Source: Camelus dromedarius (lineage: Eukaryota). Taken from it: a stretch of DNA of 64,000 nucleotides. The notes under the pieces were generated by a model. That model saw only the letters and a list, made by a program, of their open reading frames with translations, did no database searches and was not told where the DNA came from. Of the stretch, positions 48,963 through 61,700 are shown one piece after another. The DNA is taken from NCBI RefSeq assembly GCF_036321535.1, contig NC_087436.1, positions 27,158,001-27,222,000 on the forward strand, given 5' to 3'. A program made the position numbers and the translations under genes. Within the stretch, counting starts at the first letter, position 1. Each line of letters opens with the position of its first letter.

Positions 48963-50599
48963 GTGAATTTAGGGAATCTGACAATAGGATACAAGAATGT
49001 CAAAACCCACTCCTCAAACATACTATCTTTTTTACCAAAGATAAAAAAATCATTTATTGGATTTTCTCCTTTAAAGGAGAATCCAGTATGTGTACTTTGA
49101 AAAATATTTGAAAATAAAGATCACAACCAACCAACGTATAAAAAGTTAAATATTTAGAGAACAAAATTCAGGTATTTATAAAAACTTGCTATGAAAAATA
49201 ATGCTTCTTGTGAAGAAAAATAAGAACAAATAAAACATTGAAAACTATTAAAAATATAATCCACAGATGATAACCATTACAACTCATAATAGGAATGGAC
49301 TTGAAAGTGAGCATATGACATAATTCTGTGTCCCCAAACAGGGAAAGGCTTTCATTCCTAAAGAGATCCTACCCCTTTTCCTGGTTTCTTCAAGCATTAT
49401 TGATTTGCAGCACTTTTTTACCTTCTCTTTTTAACTTCAACTCCTTAATTCTGTTGTTCTTTATAAAATCACTGTGCCAACAGCTTTCAGAATACCCAGC
49501 TTATTGCATCCAATAAGAGCTTACTAAAGCCAAGAGACATTAAAGAACATTTAATAAACAACTCGATGAATATAATTAACTCTGATTCAGTTCTATATAA
49601 CTTAATTAATATTAGCTTTGATAATCCAACTGTAGCTAAAGCACAGACATTTTCACAGCATGAATTGTTTTAGTAGGAGTATCAATATTAAATGATAAAT
49701 GATTTGAAAATTATACTGACCAAATCACTGCAGGCTACTAAATATTCCACTCAGAGTATCTACATGTTTTATTCTAAGCCATTCATACTTGTTACCATTA
49801 AGAGTCTGCTATTCAAGAAAAGTGTTTTTTCATTAGAGGGAATTAATCCTCTTGATAAATTCCTCCTATACTTCAGGTACTTGGGCAATGTAATTTTTAT
49901 TTCATCTAATCTTTCCTTTATTGTAACTGTTATGTGTAATGGATGAGGCTAGTCTTTTTTCTTTCTCTTTACTATAAGTCCCGGTGGATCTAGACACAAG
50001 TGAGTGTGCAAGATATACTCCCGTATGTTATTTTATATACTGAATTAGAATTAATGCACAGAAAATATTACAAATTCATAGTTAACTGTAAAATAAAATT
50101 TAGAGGGTTGAAATAACAAATATCTATATACACACTGAACTTATCTTAATTTGTACATCATTGATAAGTATGCTGGTATTTGTTGCATATAAAAATGTTT
50201 TTTATCCATTTTATTATTTTAAAGATGCTTTAATATCTGAATAGGCTCAAAAATGCCTTGATACTTCTGTTAATTCCCTTGTCTGTCCCTGAGTGATTTA
50301 GCTCTTCATCCTATAGCTCTCCCGACAGCCAAAACTCTTTGTCATCAGTATTTAATTCTTCCCATCCATAGACAAAGACAGTAATATGCCTCTGTATCTG
50401 AGACTTTGACTCCTAATTATAGAAACCAAAGCTCTTATTTTTTTTAATTTATGTATATGATTTCTAATGTTCCATTTTTCAAAATATCTGAGCCACATTC
50501 AGGATTCACGATTAATCATTTGATCATAATCTTAGCCTTCCTCTCCAGTTAGAGACAGTCTTAGAGCTAATATTGCATAATATTTATCTTTTTTACCTA

Positions 50600-50780
50600 C
50601 TCTGAACCAGATATTTTGCATATTATTTATTTATTCCTCTTGTAGTACAGTGCTGTTATATCCATTTATTCATCTGAGGAAATGATCTTAGAGATGTAAA
50701 TTACTTAATTTATGTTCATACCACTAAAATTGGTTGAAGTAGGATTTAATCTTGTACCTGTCTGACTTCATAGACCATGT
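50600..50780 (-). mobile_element. MIR
   Basis: ccatttattcatctgaggaaa...agagatgtaaattactt...aggatttaatc...ctgtctgacttca. Confidence 0.6.
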
Positions 50781-50825
50781 TATACATATTTTGATATTAA
50801 ACATGTACATGCTAATACTGTAGGA

Positions 50826-51780
50826 TGTGTTGTGGTGTCCATGAGAATGCACCTTGCAGACCTCCATTACAGGAAGTGTCATTGATCAAGGGCCCCAGTC
50901 TCTGTGCTCTGAAACTCATTGAGATATTTGCACTAAGGCCAGGCTTCCCAGTCTAAGTATGAGGACTCCAGGGATACCAAGGCAAATTCATTTCTAGGAG
51001 ACACAGGTTTGATGGCTGATCTTGGCTTGAACATTCCCCAGCACCTTGTTGGACCTTTCTTAGACTGCACAGCAGCCACGTTCTCCTGGTCTTCTCTCCT
51101 TCTTTCCTCAGGGTGTGGTTTGCTTTGCAGTCTTACTGGTGGCTCTCACATGGCCATTTTCCCTACTAAAGTCCTTGCACATTAAAAAAAAAAAAAGTAT
51201 CAAGTCATTTACATGGAATTGTTAAGGTTCCAGTGACCAGGAGTGTGCTAAGATATTCCCTCCAAAGTAAAAGACAAGGGCTGAATCTTGTATCCCCCAG
51301 CACAGAGACTGAAGCACAGTGCCTGATAGGTCTTTTTTGGGTTCTAGAACTCCCTGAGGGCTTTGCCAAAACTTCTTAAACTGTGCAAGTTTAGGAGGAT
51401 TCTTCCCAACCATCTCTCTGTCTTTCCTTCACTTAGTATCATACTTTTGTCACTGTCTGAGGCTCTTCTAGTCTTACCTGGCTCTTTCCCTAATTTGCCT
51501 CACACAAGCACTTCTCCTAATATCAAATCTGTGCTTTTTTTTTTTTTTTTGAGTAAAGGTAGATTTATTTAGAGAGATACACACTGCATAGAGTGTAAGG
51601 CAAGAGAAAGGCAAAGAAAGAGGTGTGGGAATTGGGTACTCAGGTTAAAATAAAGGTAGGTGCACACTCTACAAACAGCGTGCGGGCTGTCTCCAAAGAG
51701 GAGGGAGCAAAAAGGGGCCTAAAATCTGTTAATTTTAATCCTGTCTTGGTATCTACTTCTTAGAAGACCCCAACTTACAT
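50826..51780 (+). mobile_element. Two tandem LTR16-like fragments, the second interrupted by a retroposed insert
   Basis: First piece ends ccctactaaagtccttgcac (about 51180). Second ends aatcctgtcttggtatctacttcttagaagacccc (about 51770). Confidence 0.55.
51535..51721 (-). mobile_element. Polyadenylated LTR (R-region) fragment, retroposed
   Basis: T16 at 51535-51550. Minus-strand AATAAA at 51564-51569, 13 nt before the poly(A). Flanking repeat aaatctgt at 51525-51532 and 51722-51729. LTR-like text gagtgtg...ctctctaaataaatctaccttt. Confidence 0.7.
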
Positions 51781-52509
51781 ATATATTAATTAAAAACTAT
51801 GTTAAACTGTATAACTTTTACTGAAGAAACGATTATTGCAGGAGAAAATTATATTGTTCAATTAGGAAGTAAATCCCAAATTTAAAGACTAGGAAATATA
51901 GGATTAATTATAGTTATAAAAGTAAATTCTTATTTTATAATACTGATTCAAATTTGTTATAAATGAGTTAGGCAAGGTAACTAAAATCTTGAAAATGATG
52001 AGTGAATGGGAACTCTGTTTGCCACAAATATATCAACTAAAGACATTGTTATTAAATAATTTACATAAAAATTAAAAATTATGAAGACTACAATTAAATT
52101 GTGTGAAATTTCTAAGTAGACAGTGAAAGGAAATAGAATTATTTTTAAATGAGTGCAATTCAACTCACTAGAAATAATTAGAGAAATCATGAAAAGGTCA
52201 CAAATTGGCAAACAATTTGTTAACTTTCGTTCTTGTCTAGCATGCAGTGAGATGGATGTTCTCATTATATTTACCAGATTGTACTTTCTCATTAATAATT
52301 TTCAAGTATTTACCAAGAACTATAACATTTCATACCCTTCATTCCTATATTTTTTCTTGAAAATTCTTAGAAATTAATTAAAATGTATATCTGAATTTGT
52401 ATACACAGATATATAATACTATATTTAATCAAAATATTAAAAAACAAATAAATGTCTGCTAGGAAAAATGTATTTGTATTATTTATAATGAATTGTCAAG
52501 TGTAAATTC

Positions 52510-52625
52510 TGTATTGGGCTATGAGATCCGTAAGGGCTTTACCTATGCTTATTCACTACAGAAATATAGAAGCTGACACAGTGCCTGAATTTTTATAAGC
52601 AATCAATAAATAATCATGGAATAAA
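52510..52625 (+). mobile_element. L2 3' tail fragment
   Basis: ctatgagatcc...ttattcact...acagtgcctga...caataaata...gaataaat. Confidence 0.5.
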
Positions 52626-53127
52626 TTTACAAATTGTTAATGACCAGTTAATTTACATGAGATAATACAAATGCAAAGAAATAATAATAGTATAAACTAT
52701 GACTACTCTATGTCTAAACACATACATATATTTGCTACATGCAGTAACCAAAAGTCATTACTCCAAATTTAACATTACTCCAAATTTAACAATCTTTACT
52801 TTTTATTTTGAAAATTATTTGTGATAATTTCCTTTGTCCTAGTCAGAGTTTCTTTTGTTCAACAAAATTGTGTTATCTTAAATTGGAAAATAAAGTATTG
52901 GAAAAGAATAAATTACAGAGAAGGCTTGAGAAACAACTTTTGGCAGAAAATAAGGAACCACGAAAGTCTGCTTAGAACACCAACAGTGTTCCTATGTCAA
53001 TGACAGAAACCCCTTTACCTAAGCTTCTACAAAAGACTTTCATCCTGCCAGAGTCTCAAACAGCGATGTCCTAACACTGAGACTTGTTCATGACACGGTT
53101 TAAAATCCACTATACTGATATTCCTTC

Positions 53128-53510
53128 TGTATTAGTCTTCTAGGGTTGTCATAATAACATACCAGAAGATTGGGTGGCTTAACCAACAGAAGTTTATTTT
53201 TTTCACAGTTCTGGAGCCTAGAAGTTCAAGATCAAGTTAACTGAAGATTTGGATTCTCCTCAGGCCTCTCTGCTGGCTTGTAAGTGGTCATCTTCTTACT
53301 GTGTCCTCACATGACCTCTCTCTCTGCATGCGCACCACTGCTGTCTCTCCCTCTTATAAGGATATCAGTCCTATTACATTTACAGTCCCACTTATATGAC
53401 CTCATTTAACCTAAACTATCTCCTTAGAATCCGTATCTCCAAATACAATCCCTTTGGGAGTTACAACTTCAACATATGAATTTTGGGGGAACACAAATCA
53501 CTCCATAGTA
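53128..53510 (-). mobile_element. MLT1A-type MaLR solo LTR
   Basis: tgtattagtc...gggtggcttaaccaacagaa...cacagttctggag...ctgtgtcctcacatg...ttcaacatatgaattttggggg. Confidence 0.85.
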
Positions 53511-55039
53511 CTGTCTAACTTTTATTTTGTGTGATTTTATATCTAGTCAAAGTTATTAATTTTTTTATGTGGAGTATCAATTCTGTGTGAAAGTAGACCT
53601 CTTCAAAGTGTTAATCCAAATTTCCTTTAACAACTACAATTCAGACATTATAAAAAGATTTCATTTATCCATCCATAGTTCCAAACTTGAACTTTAAATT
53701 TTTGCATAGACTTGTTTTGCTTTTTCAGCAATGACTTAATCTAGTATATGAATTTTGGAGACCCTAAATGTTTATTTATTTTAGGCCACTGTATCATTTA
53801 GATATTTAAAAGAATTTAAATAGACATTAGGAAAAATAAGCATCATTCTAGTTCCAAGACATTGTTGCCCTTGAGGATGAGAGATTTGAATGAGGCAGAA
53901 GCTAAGGAGATGATCATAGTCTAGTAGTGTCTGCAAATTCATGCTGGTCTGTGTAGGCTATTAAAATTCAGAACTATAGGCTACATCTTTCCACATTATA
54001 GGAGCAAAACAACTTTCTCAGGGTAATTTAATATTCTGAATTCTAGCACAATGAGCACAGATTACTATGCTACTATGCTATTGATTTATCTCTTCAAGCC
54101 ATCTAACAGGATCCGTAGTAAAAAAAAGTCTTATTAAAATGACTGATGTATGCACACATATATGAATTTGCATATATATAAAGATAGATAAACAGAGAGA
54201 TAACATAGAGATGGGGAGAATTTTTTAAGCAGGATGTTTGAAAAGTAAGAACTCATACGAAAATCACGGGTTACCACTAATAGCAGAAAACTTTTGAGGA
54301 GCTGCATATTTCCTGAGTATTTCTGCAAGAGTAGAGTGGTACAGTCATTTTAATGTGCGATGCCACATTTTAATAGCCAGTGGGATGGTTATTAAGACAT
54401 TATATTGTTCATTATCATTACTGCAATACTGAAGGCTGTTGACAGCTTCTCCAATGAAGGCTGTCATTCCATTCAGTTTAACAGCATCTCTTCCCTCCCC
54501 CAACCTACAGTGACCCCTTTAATAGCCTATGAGAATAATCAAAAGAACCACTAAGTAAGTATTTCAAAATAATGTATGTATCCCTTCTTTATATATCCCA
54601 TGTCTGTCCCTACCCAATAAACTAATGAAAACTAAATCCAATATAGAAAGCAGCCCAATTATATGTATCAAAAGAAAGCATTTATATATCCAAAATATTT
54701 ATTTTATGTGTAGGTGAAAAGATAATGATTATGTGGCTCTTCAAAATAAATGAAAACATTAAGTATAGAAGTTACAGAATAGCCTGTCCAGCAATGCTAT
54801 TTTCTCTTTATACGAGAGAAAGCTAAGAACATAGAAAGAGACTATCTCAAAGCCATGATTAAGACAAGAGGGAGATTTAGAAATTTCACTGAAGTAAGCA
54901 ATCTCCTAAATACAAGCTAGAAATTTTGGTAGAGATGCTGAGAGAAAATGAACCAAAAATGAAAAATAATATAGATTGGAGAAGTATTTTTTTCAGAGGA
55001 GAATCAGGAAATTAAAAGCAGATCAGTTTGACTCATCAA

Positions 55040-55570
55040 GTGAAATGCAATTACTGTATCACCAGCTAGCTATTTACCTTATAGAAATGAAAACATGTTC
55101 ACGTAAACTGGGCATGAATGTATCGTCAAGTCACTGTAAACTACTAACAACACAGAAGTCCTGTAACAGGTGAATGGATAAACAAACTGTAGTACATCTA
55201 TACAGTAGAAAAACACCCAGCAAGAAAAAGGGACAAACTATTGATAAACCCAGTATCAGAGGTGACTCTCAAAGGCATTTTGCTGAGTGAAAGAAACCAT
55301 TCTCAAAATGTTACATACTGTGATCCCATTTTATATGATATTTTAGAGAAGGAAACACTATAGAAAGAGAGATTAGGGGGTATCAGAGGTTAGATCTGCA
55401 GGGAGTGTTGACTACAGAGGCAGCACAGATGAATTTTGGGGGTGGTAGATTTCTTCTGTCTTCTGATCATTGTGGTCATTAGACAAACCTATGTATGTAC
55501 TTAAACTCATAGATGTGTACACCAGGGTCAGTAAATTTTAATGCATGTATATTTTTAAAAAATAATAAAA
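55040..55570 (+). mobile_element. L1MC/L1MD-type 3' end
   Basis: aacaggtgaatggataaacaaactg...ctcaaaggcattttgctgagtgaaagaa...gttacatactg. Confidence 0.75.
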
Positions 55571-55583
55571 GTATTAGACATAA

Positions 55584-55661
55584 CAAAAAGGAAGGAAGGG
55601 GTGGAGGTAAGGAGAAGAGAAAAGGAAAGAGAAGAAGAGGCAAAGGGAGGATGGGAAGGAC
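55584..55661. repeat. GA-rich low-complexity (near-homopurine) tract
   Basis: aaaaggaaggaagggg...gagaagagaaaaggaaagagaagaagagg, directly visible. Confidence 0.8.
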
Positions 55662-56119
55662 CATTGTTGCATGCTAACTTGGCAAAATTGTGGAAATCCT
55701 TTTTTAGTTATTCCTAAGAAAATGGAAACTAGTGTTTCATTTACAATATCCAGTGGTTAAAATAATTGTCTCCTAAATAAGATAGCAACAAAATCTCTGT
55801 TTTTACTATTTATGTTTGGTGAGACCTAAAGTATGTTAGCAATTAAGTCCAGTATAAAAATTAAAATGAGTCTTGCATTTTATAAAAATAATTTGAAATT
55901 GAGATTGATGTCATAAGCACAACAAATAAGTTTTTAAAATTATAGTCTTTCAAAAATTACATGTGCTTTTACATTAAAAATCATGCCATTATAATATTCT
56001 ACATTATTTTATTAATTCTCATAAAATGCCACAATTTTGATTGATGAGCTAGTTATTTATACTCTATATTTAAATGTCACCCCATTATATTGAGTGCTTA
56101 TGAAAAATAGTTTTGAGGT

Positions 56120-56385
56120 TTTATGCTCAGGAGACAGAAAACCTGATGTGAAAACTGCCTTTGCCCTTACAGTATGGTATGTTGCCCTAAACTACAAATT
56201 ATTAAGGCTTAGTTTCCTTTGTTGCAAAATATAAGTTACATATTTTAGAAAAGGAAAAACTAGAGAGACAGAGATCAGCATGAGTTAAAACAGTGTGAAC
56301 TGATCTGGTTGTAAAGTTAAAAATGCTACTATATATAAAATAGCACTGTTCTTGGTACATAGTAAATTCTCAGTTATTGTTATTG
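56120..56385 (+). mobile_element. MIR
   Basis: cttagtttcctttgttgcaaaat...agcactgttcttggtacatagtaaattctca. Confidence 0.55.
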
Positions 56386-58199
56386 TGATTTTTCACAAAT
56401 ACAGCTATATTCAATGCATACTTTAAAATATGAATAAATTTCCTAAAATTCTTAAATTCTCATTGGTTCATCAATAATTCATATCCCCTACATTGAGACA
56501 TATTCAGTAACCTTATAACTTACACGTAAGTATGCACTTTATGTATGTGACAATTGAGTGTATTTTACCAAGTGTTTATCTGCATGAATGCATTGAAAGT
56601 AATTATTTCAAAAATTGCAATACACTGTGGACAACACATGCATGAACTTAAATTTTATTTTCATTAAAAATATTTTTATTGTTATTGCTTTGAAAATGTA
56701 AGCATTGGTGTTTTTGTCTGTACCACTAGAGGCCATCATACCCTTTCTTAAATAAATAGGTACATATGCAAATCAAAAACTTAATTTGAGAGACATTTAG
56801 AAATAGTCCGGAAGAATTCATGTATTACGTAACAGAATAGATGCCATGCAGATTCTGGGTGGATCACTCTTTAGTCCATTACTTTACATACTTGATTTGA
56901 TTGGTTGATGTAATTGAAGACAACTTGATTTTCTGGTAGGAAGACTAACATTTGTTATAGCAAATTCAAAGAAATAAAAAAAAAATAGTATGAGAGTACT
57001 TCAGAATTAACCCAAAATTTTGTCATGTAAATTATTTTTTGTTGCTTTCTTTTGTGTAACTTTGTAATGTAACTTCACAGGATGAGATTCTAATCAAATG
57101 AATGAAAAACACTAAAATTCTTGAAGTATATTACCTTATAATGTGAAGTAAGGATAACTAACAAAGTTATAGCATTTATTTCTCTTAGGAAAAACTGTGA
57201 GATATTTCTAAAGAAATACATAATAATAGGATGCATATGTGAATGGGAAAAAATGAAAATAGTGAAATACTTCCAAAAGTTAGCATGTGGCTTTGTCATA
57301 AAATTTCCATCTTATTTTTAATTTTAGTGAACTTAGATTTTAGGTTTGCATAATATTTTCTCAAACTGTTTTTTAGAACACAAAGTCAAAAAGTTTATTG
57401 CTATTGTGCTTTTATCATTAAGTGATCTTGAAGAACTAATCTAAGATGGATTTATGTAAATAAATTATTGTCATGACACATTACTTATTTGTATTAAGAA
57501 GTTAGTTCCTCCCCAAAATACTAATGACAAAATAACATTATTAAAAGCAATTATCATATTAACAGAATATATATGGAGTATGTTTTGAAAGCCAGGTATA
57601 AGAATTAAGCTATAAAATAACACTTGTAATAATTACTATTTTTTTTAACATGTTCTGTATTATTGCCAAAAGTATAAAAATCATTTGAAATCATGTTACT
57701 ATTTTTAGCAATTAAAGAGCTGTCTTATACCTTAGTGACCCCTATTAAGTGATACAAAAAAATTAGTTTTCTCCGCCACAATTGTACCTCTAATTTTTTG
57801 TACAATCGCTAATGTAAAATATCATTGCAACTTTCTTAGAATATTACAGGAGATTTTCAGAGGCAAAAAAAGATTACAGGTTATTTTACAGCCCAAAGTA
57901 ACAAGACTAATGCATGTTACTTCATTTTTAAAAAATATGAATGTAATCAGTGCTTGTTTATAATGGTAGTATTTTTCATTAAAACTGGACAAATATAATT
58001 TCTTATGATTTCACTGAGATTGACATGTCTAAACATTAGACATTAACAAATGCCATCAATTTAAAATTAAGCTAGAATTATGAAGTTAAATCAAATAAGT
58101 TTTGTTTCAATTGAAAAAAAAAAAACCAAGATAAAGAATATAGCCAAATTTTAGGTTGTAGTCTTTTGTTACTGTCAAGAAATAGGAATTTATTATTTT

Positions 58200-61100
58200 A
58201 CTGTTTTTCTTATCCACTCATCTATTGATGAACACTTAGGTTGTCTCCATATCTTGGTTATTGTGAGTAATACTGCAATAAGCATGAGAGATACAGATAT
58301 TCTTGATATCCTGTTTTTATTTCCTTTGGATGTACACCCAGAAGTGAAATCGTTGGCTCATGTGTTAGCTCTATTTTTAAATTTTTGAGGAAGCTTTATA
58401 CTGTTTTCTATAGTGGCTGCACTAAATTACATTCCCAAAAAGAGTGCGTGTGGGCTTCTTTTTCTCCATATCCTCCCAAATATTTGTTATCTTGCTTCCT
58501 TTTAATGATTGTCATTCTAACAGGTAAAGGGGTTATCTCATTGTGGTTTTGATTTTCATTTCTCTGATTAGTGGTGTTGAGGATCTTTTCATTGGCTATT
58601 TGTATGTTGTCTTTGAAAAATGTCTCTTCAGTTTCTCTGCGTATTTTTTCCATCACTTTGTTCTTTTACTACTAAATTGTGAGTTCTTTGTGTATTCTGT
58701 AAATTAACCCCTTATCAGAAATGTGATCTGTAAATATTTTCTCTTATTCTGTAGTTTGTCTTTACATTTTTTTGGATTTTTTTCTTTGTTGTGCAGAAGC
58801 TTTTTATTTTGATGTAGGCCTACTTATTTATTTTTGCTTTCATTGACTTTACTTTTGGTTTCAAATCCAAAATATCATTGTCAAGACCAATGTCAAGGTG
58901 CTTGCCACCTATTTTTCTTCTAATTTTATGGTTTCAGGTCTTATGTTCAAGGCCTTAAAGCATTTTGAGTTGAGTTTGGTGTAAGATAGAAGTCCAATTT
59001 CATTATTTTTGTATGTGACTGTCCAGTTTTTAACACTATTTATTGAAGAACCTATCATTTCCTCATTGTATATTCTTGGCTCCTTTTTTGGAAATTAATT
59101 GACTATATATGCATGGGCTTATTTCTGGGCTCTCTATTCTGTTATTTTGATCTATGTGTCTGTTTTTTATAGTAATACTATACTGTTTTCATTACTATAG
59201 CTTTGTAATATAGCTTGAAATCAAGATCTGTGATATTTCCAGCTTTGTTATTCTGTCTCAAGACTATTTTAGCTATTTGGAGTCTTTGTGGTTCCAAGTA
59301 AATTTTAGTGTTTTGTTTTTGGTTTTTTTTTGTTGTTGTTACTGTGAAAATGCCATTGGAATTTTGGTAAGGATTGCATTGAATCTGTAGATTGTTTGGG
59401 GGAGCATGGACATTTTAGCAATATTAATTCTTCCAATTAATGAGCATGGAATATACAGTTCACCCTTGATTAAAACAGGAATTAAAGACACCAACTTCTG
59501 TGCAGTTGAAAAGTCACATGTGACATTACAGTTGGCCCTAGGTATCTGCAATTCTGCATCTGCAAATTCAACCAACCACAGATTGTGTAGTACTGTAGTA
59601 TGTATTTATTGAAAAACAAGCCACATAGAAGTGGATCTGTGCAGTTCAAACTCATGTTGTTCAAAGGTCAGTTGTATTTCCACTTGTTTGTACCTTCCTC
59701 AATTTCTTTCATTAGTGTCATAGTTCTCTATATACAGATCTTGCATCTCCTGGTTAAATTTATTCCTAGTTACTTTATTCTGATACAGTTATAAATTAGT
59801 TTCTTTTTCTGATACTTTGTTGTTAGTATCTAGAACTTCAACTGATTTTTGTATATTAATTTTATATCCTGAAAATGTACTAAATTTATTTATTAGTTCT
59901 ATCACTTTTTTTGTGGAATCTTTAGGATTTTCTGTATATAATATGCCATTTGCAAATAAACAGTTTTTTTTTTTTTCCAATTTGGAGTAATTTCTTTTTC
60001 TTGTTTATTTTGGCTAGCAAGTACTATGTGAAATAAAAGAGGTGAGAGTGGACATCCTTGCTCTGTTTCTGATCTTACAGGAAAAGCTTTCAGCTTTTCA
60101 CTGTTGAGTATGATGTTAGCTGTGGGTTGATCATATATTATGTTGAGTTATATTCCATCAGTTCCCAGTTTGTTGAGGGTTTTTATCATGAAAGAGTGGT
60201 GAATTTTGTCAGACATTTCCTCTGCATCTGTTAAAATAATCATTTTTTTTTTTACTCTTCATTGTGTTAATGTGGTATACTACATTGGTTGATTTGCAGT
60301 AAATACCACTTGATTTTGGTGTCTGATTCTTTTAATGTATTGTTGAGTTTGGTTTGCTAGTGGGTTTTTTTTTTTTTTTGGAAGATTTTGTATCTATATT
60401 TATCAGATATATTGACCTGTAATTTTCTTTTCTTGTATTGTGCTTGCCTAGTTTTTGTATTGGGATAATGCTAGCCTCATAAATGGAACGGGAAGTCTTC
60501 CTTCCTCTTCTATTTTTAGAAGAGTTTTAAAATGTTTGGTGTTAATTTTTCTTTACCTATTTGGTGGAACTTAGCACTGAAGTTATGATACTGAAATTTT
60601 CATTTTGGAAAGGTTTCTGATTACTGATTCAATCTCCTTATTGGTAATTAGTGCTCAGATTTTCTAATTCTTAATGATTACATCTTGATGGGTCATCTGT
60701 TTCTAGGAATTTATTCATTTCTTCTAGAGTGTCTAATTTGTTGATGTATCATTGTTCATAGTAGTCAGTATTCTTTTGTATTTCTGTAGTATCAGTTGTA
60801 GTATCTTCCCTTTCAGTTTCTAATATTATTTACTTGAGTTCTCTTTTTTCTTAGTAAGTATTGCTAAGGGTTTGTCTATTTTCTTTATCTTATCAAAAAA
60901 GGAGGTCTTAGTCTCATTGATCTTTGCTATTGGTTTTCTATTCTTTATCTTATTTATATCTGGTTTGATTTTGTTATGTTCATTTTTCTACTACATTTGT
61001 GCTTAGATTGTTCTTTTTCTTACTTTGGATGTAAAGTTGGATTGTTTGAGCTCTTACTTTTTTCTTACTGTAGTCATTTATTGCTAGGAACTCCTAGAAC

Positions 61101-61700
61101 TGCTTTTGCTGCAACCCAGCTCCAGGTATGCTGTATTTCCATTTTCTTTTGTCTCAAAATCCTTTTTAACTTCTGTTTTGATTTCTTCTTTGAACTATTG
61201 GTTGTTTAGTAGCATGTTGTTTAATCTCTATGTATTTGTGCATTTTTCAGTTTTCTCCTTGTAATTGATTTTTCGTTTGATACTATTATGCTCAGAAAAG
61301 ATTTTTGATATTTCGATATTCTTAACTTTATTAAGAATTTCTTTGTGGCCTAACATATAATCTGTCATGGAGAATATACAATGTGTGCTTCAGAAGAATC
61401 TACGTTCTGCTGCTATTGGATAGAATATTCTGTAAATGTGTGTGAAGTCCATCTAATTCAATGTGTAGTTTAAGTCAAATGTTATGTTGATTTTCTGGCT
61501 GGCTGATCTATCCATTATTGAAAGTGGGATTGAAGTACCTTACTAATATTATATTCCTGTCTAATTTTCTCTTTAGGTCTGTGAATATTTTCTTTACTTA
61601 TTTATGTACTCCTATGTTGGATGCATACAATTTTGCAAGTATTATATCTTCTTGTTGGTTTGACCTCTTTATCATTGTATAATTATTAATCCCTCTTTTG
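58200..61700 (-). mobile_element. L1 ORF2 fragment of about 3.5 kb, decayed
   Basis: Minus-frame remnants [40 protein letters not shown] (RT core, catalytic DD lost) and [27 protein letters not shown]. Confidence 0.9.
59456..59674. mobile_element. Tigger2-derived MITE (MER8-like) inserted in L1
   Basis: Termini cagttcacccttga... and ...ttgttcaaaggtcagttg, with TA at 59454-59455 and 59675-59676. Confidence 0.85.
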
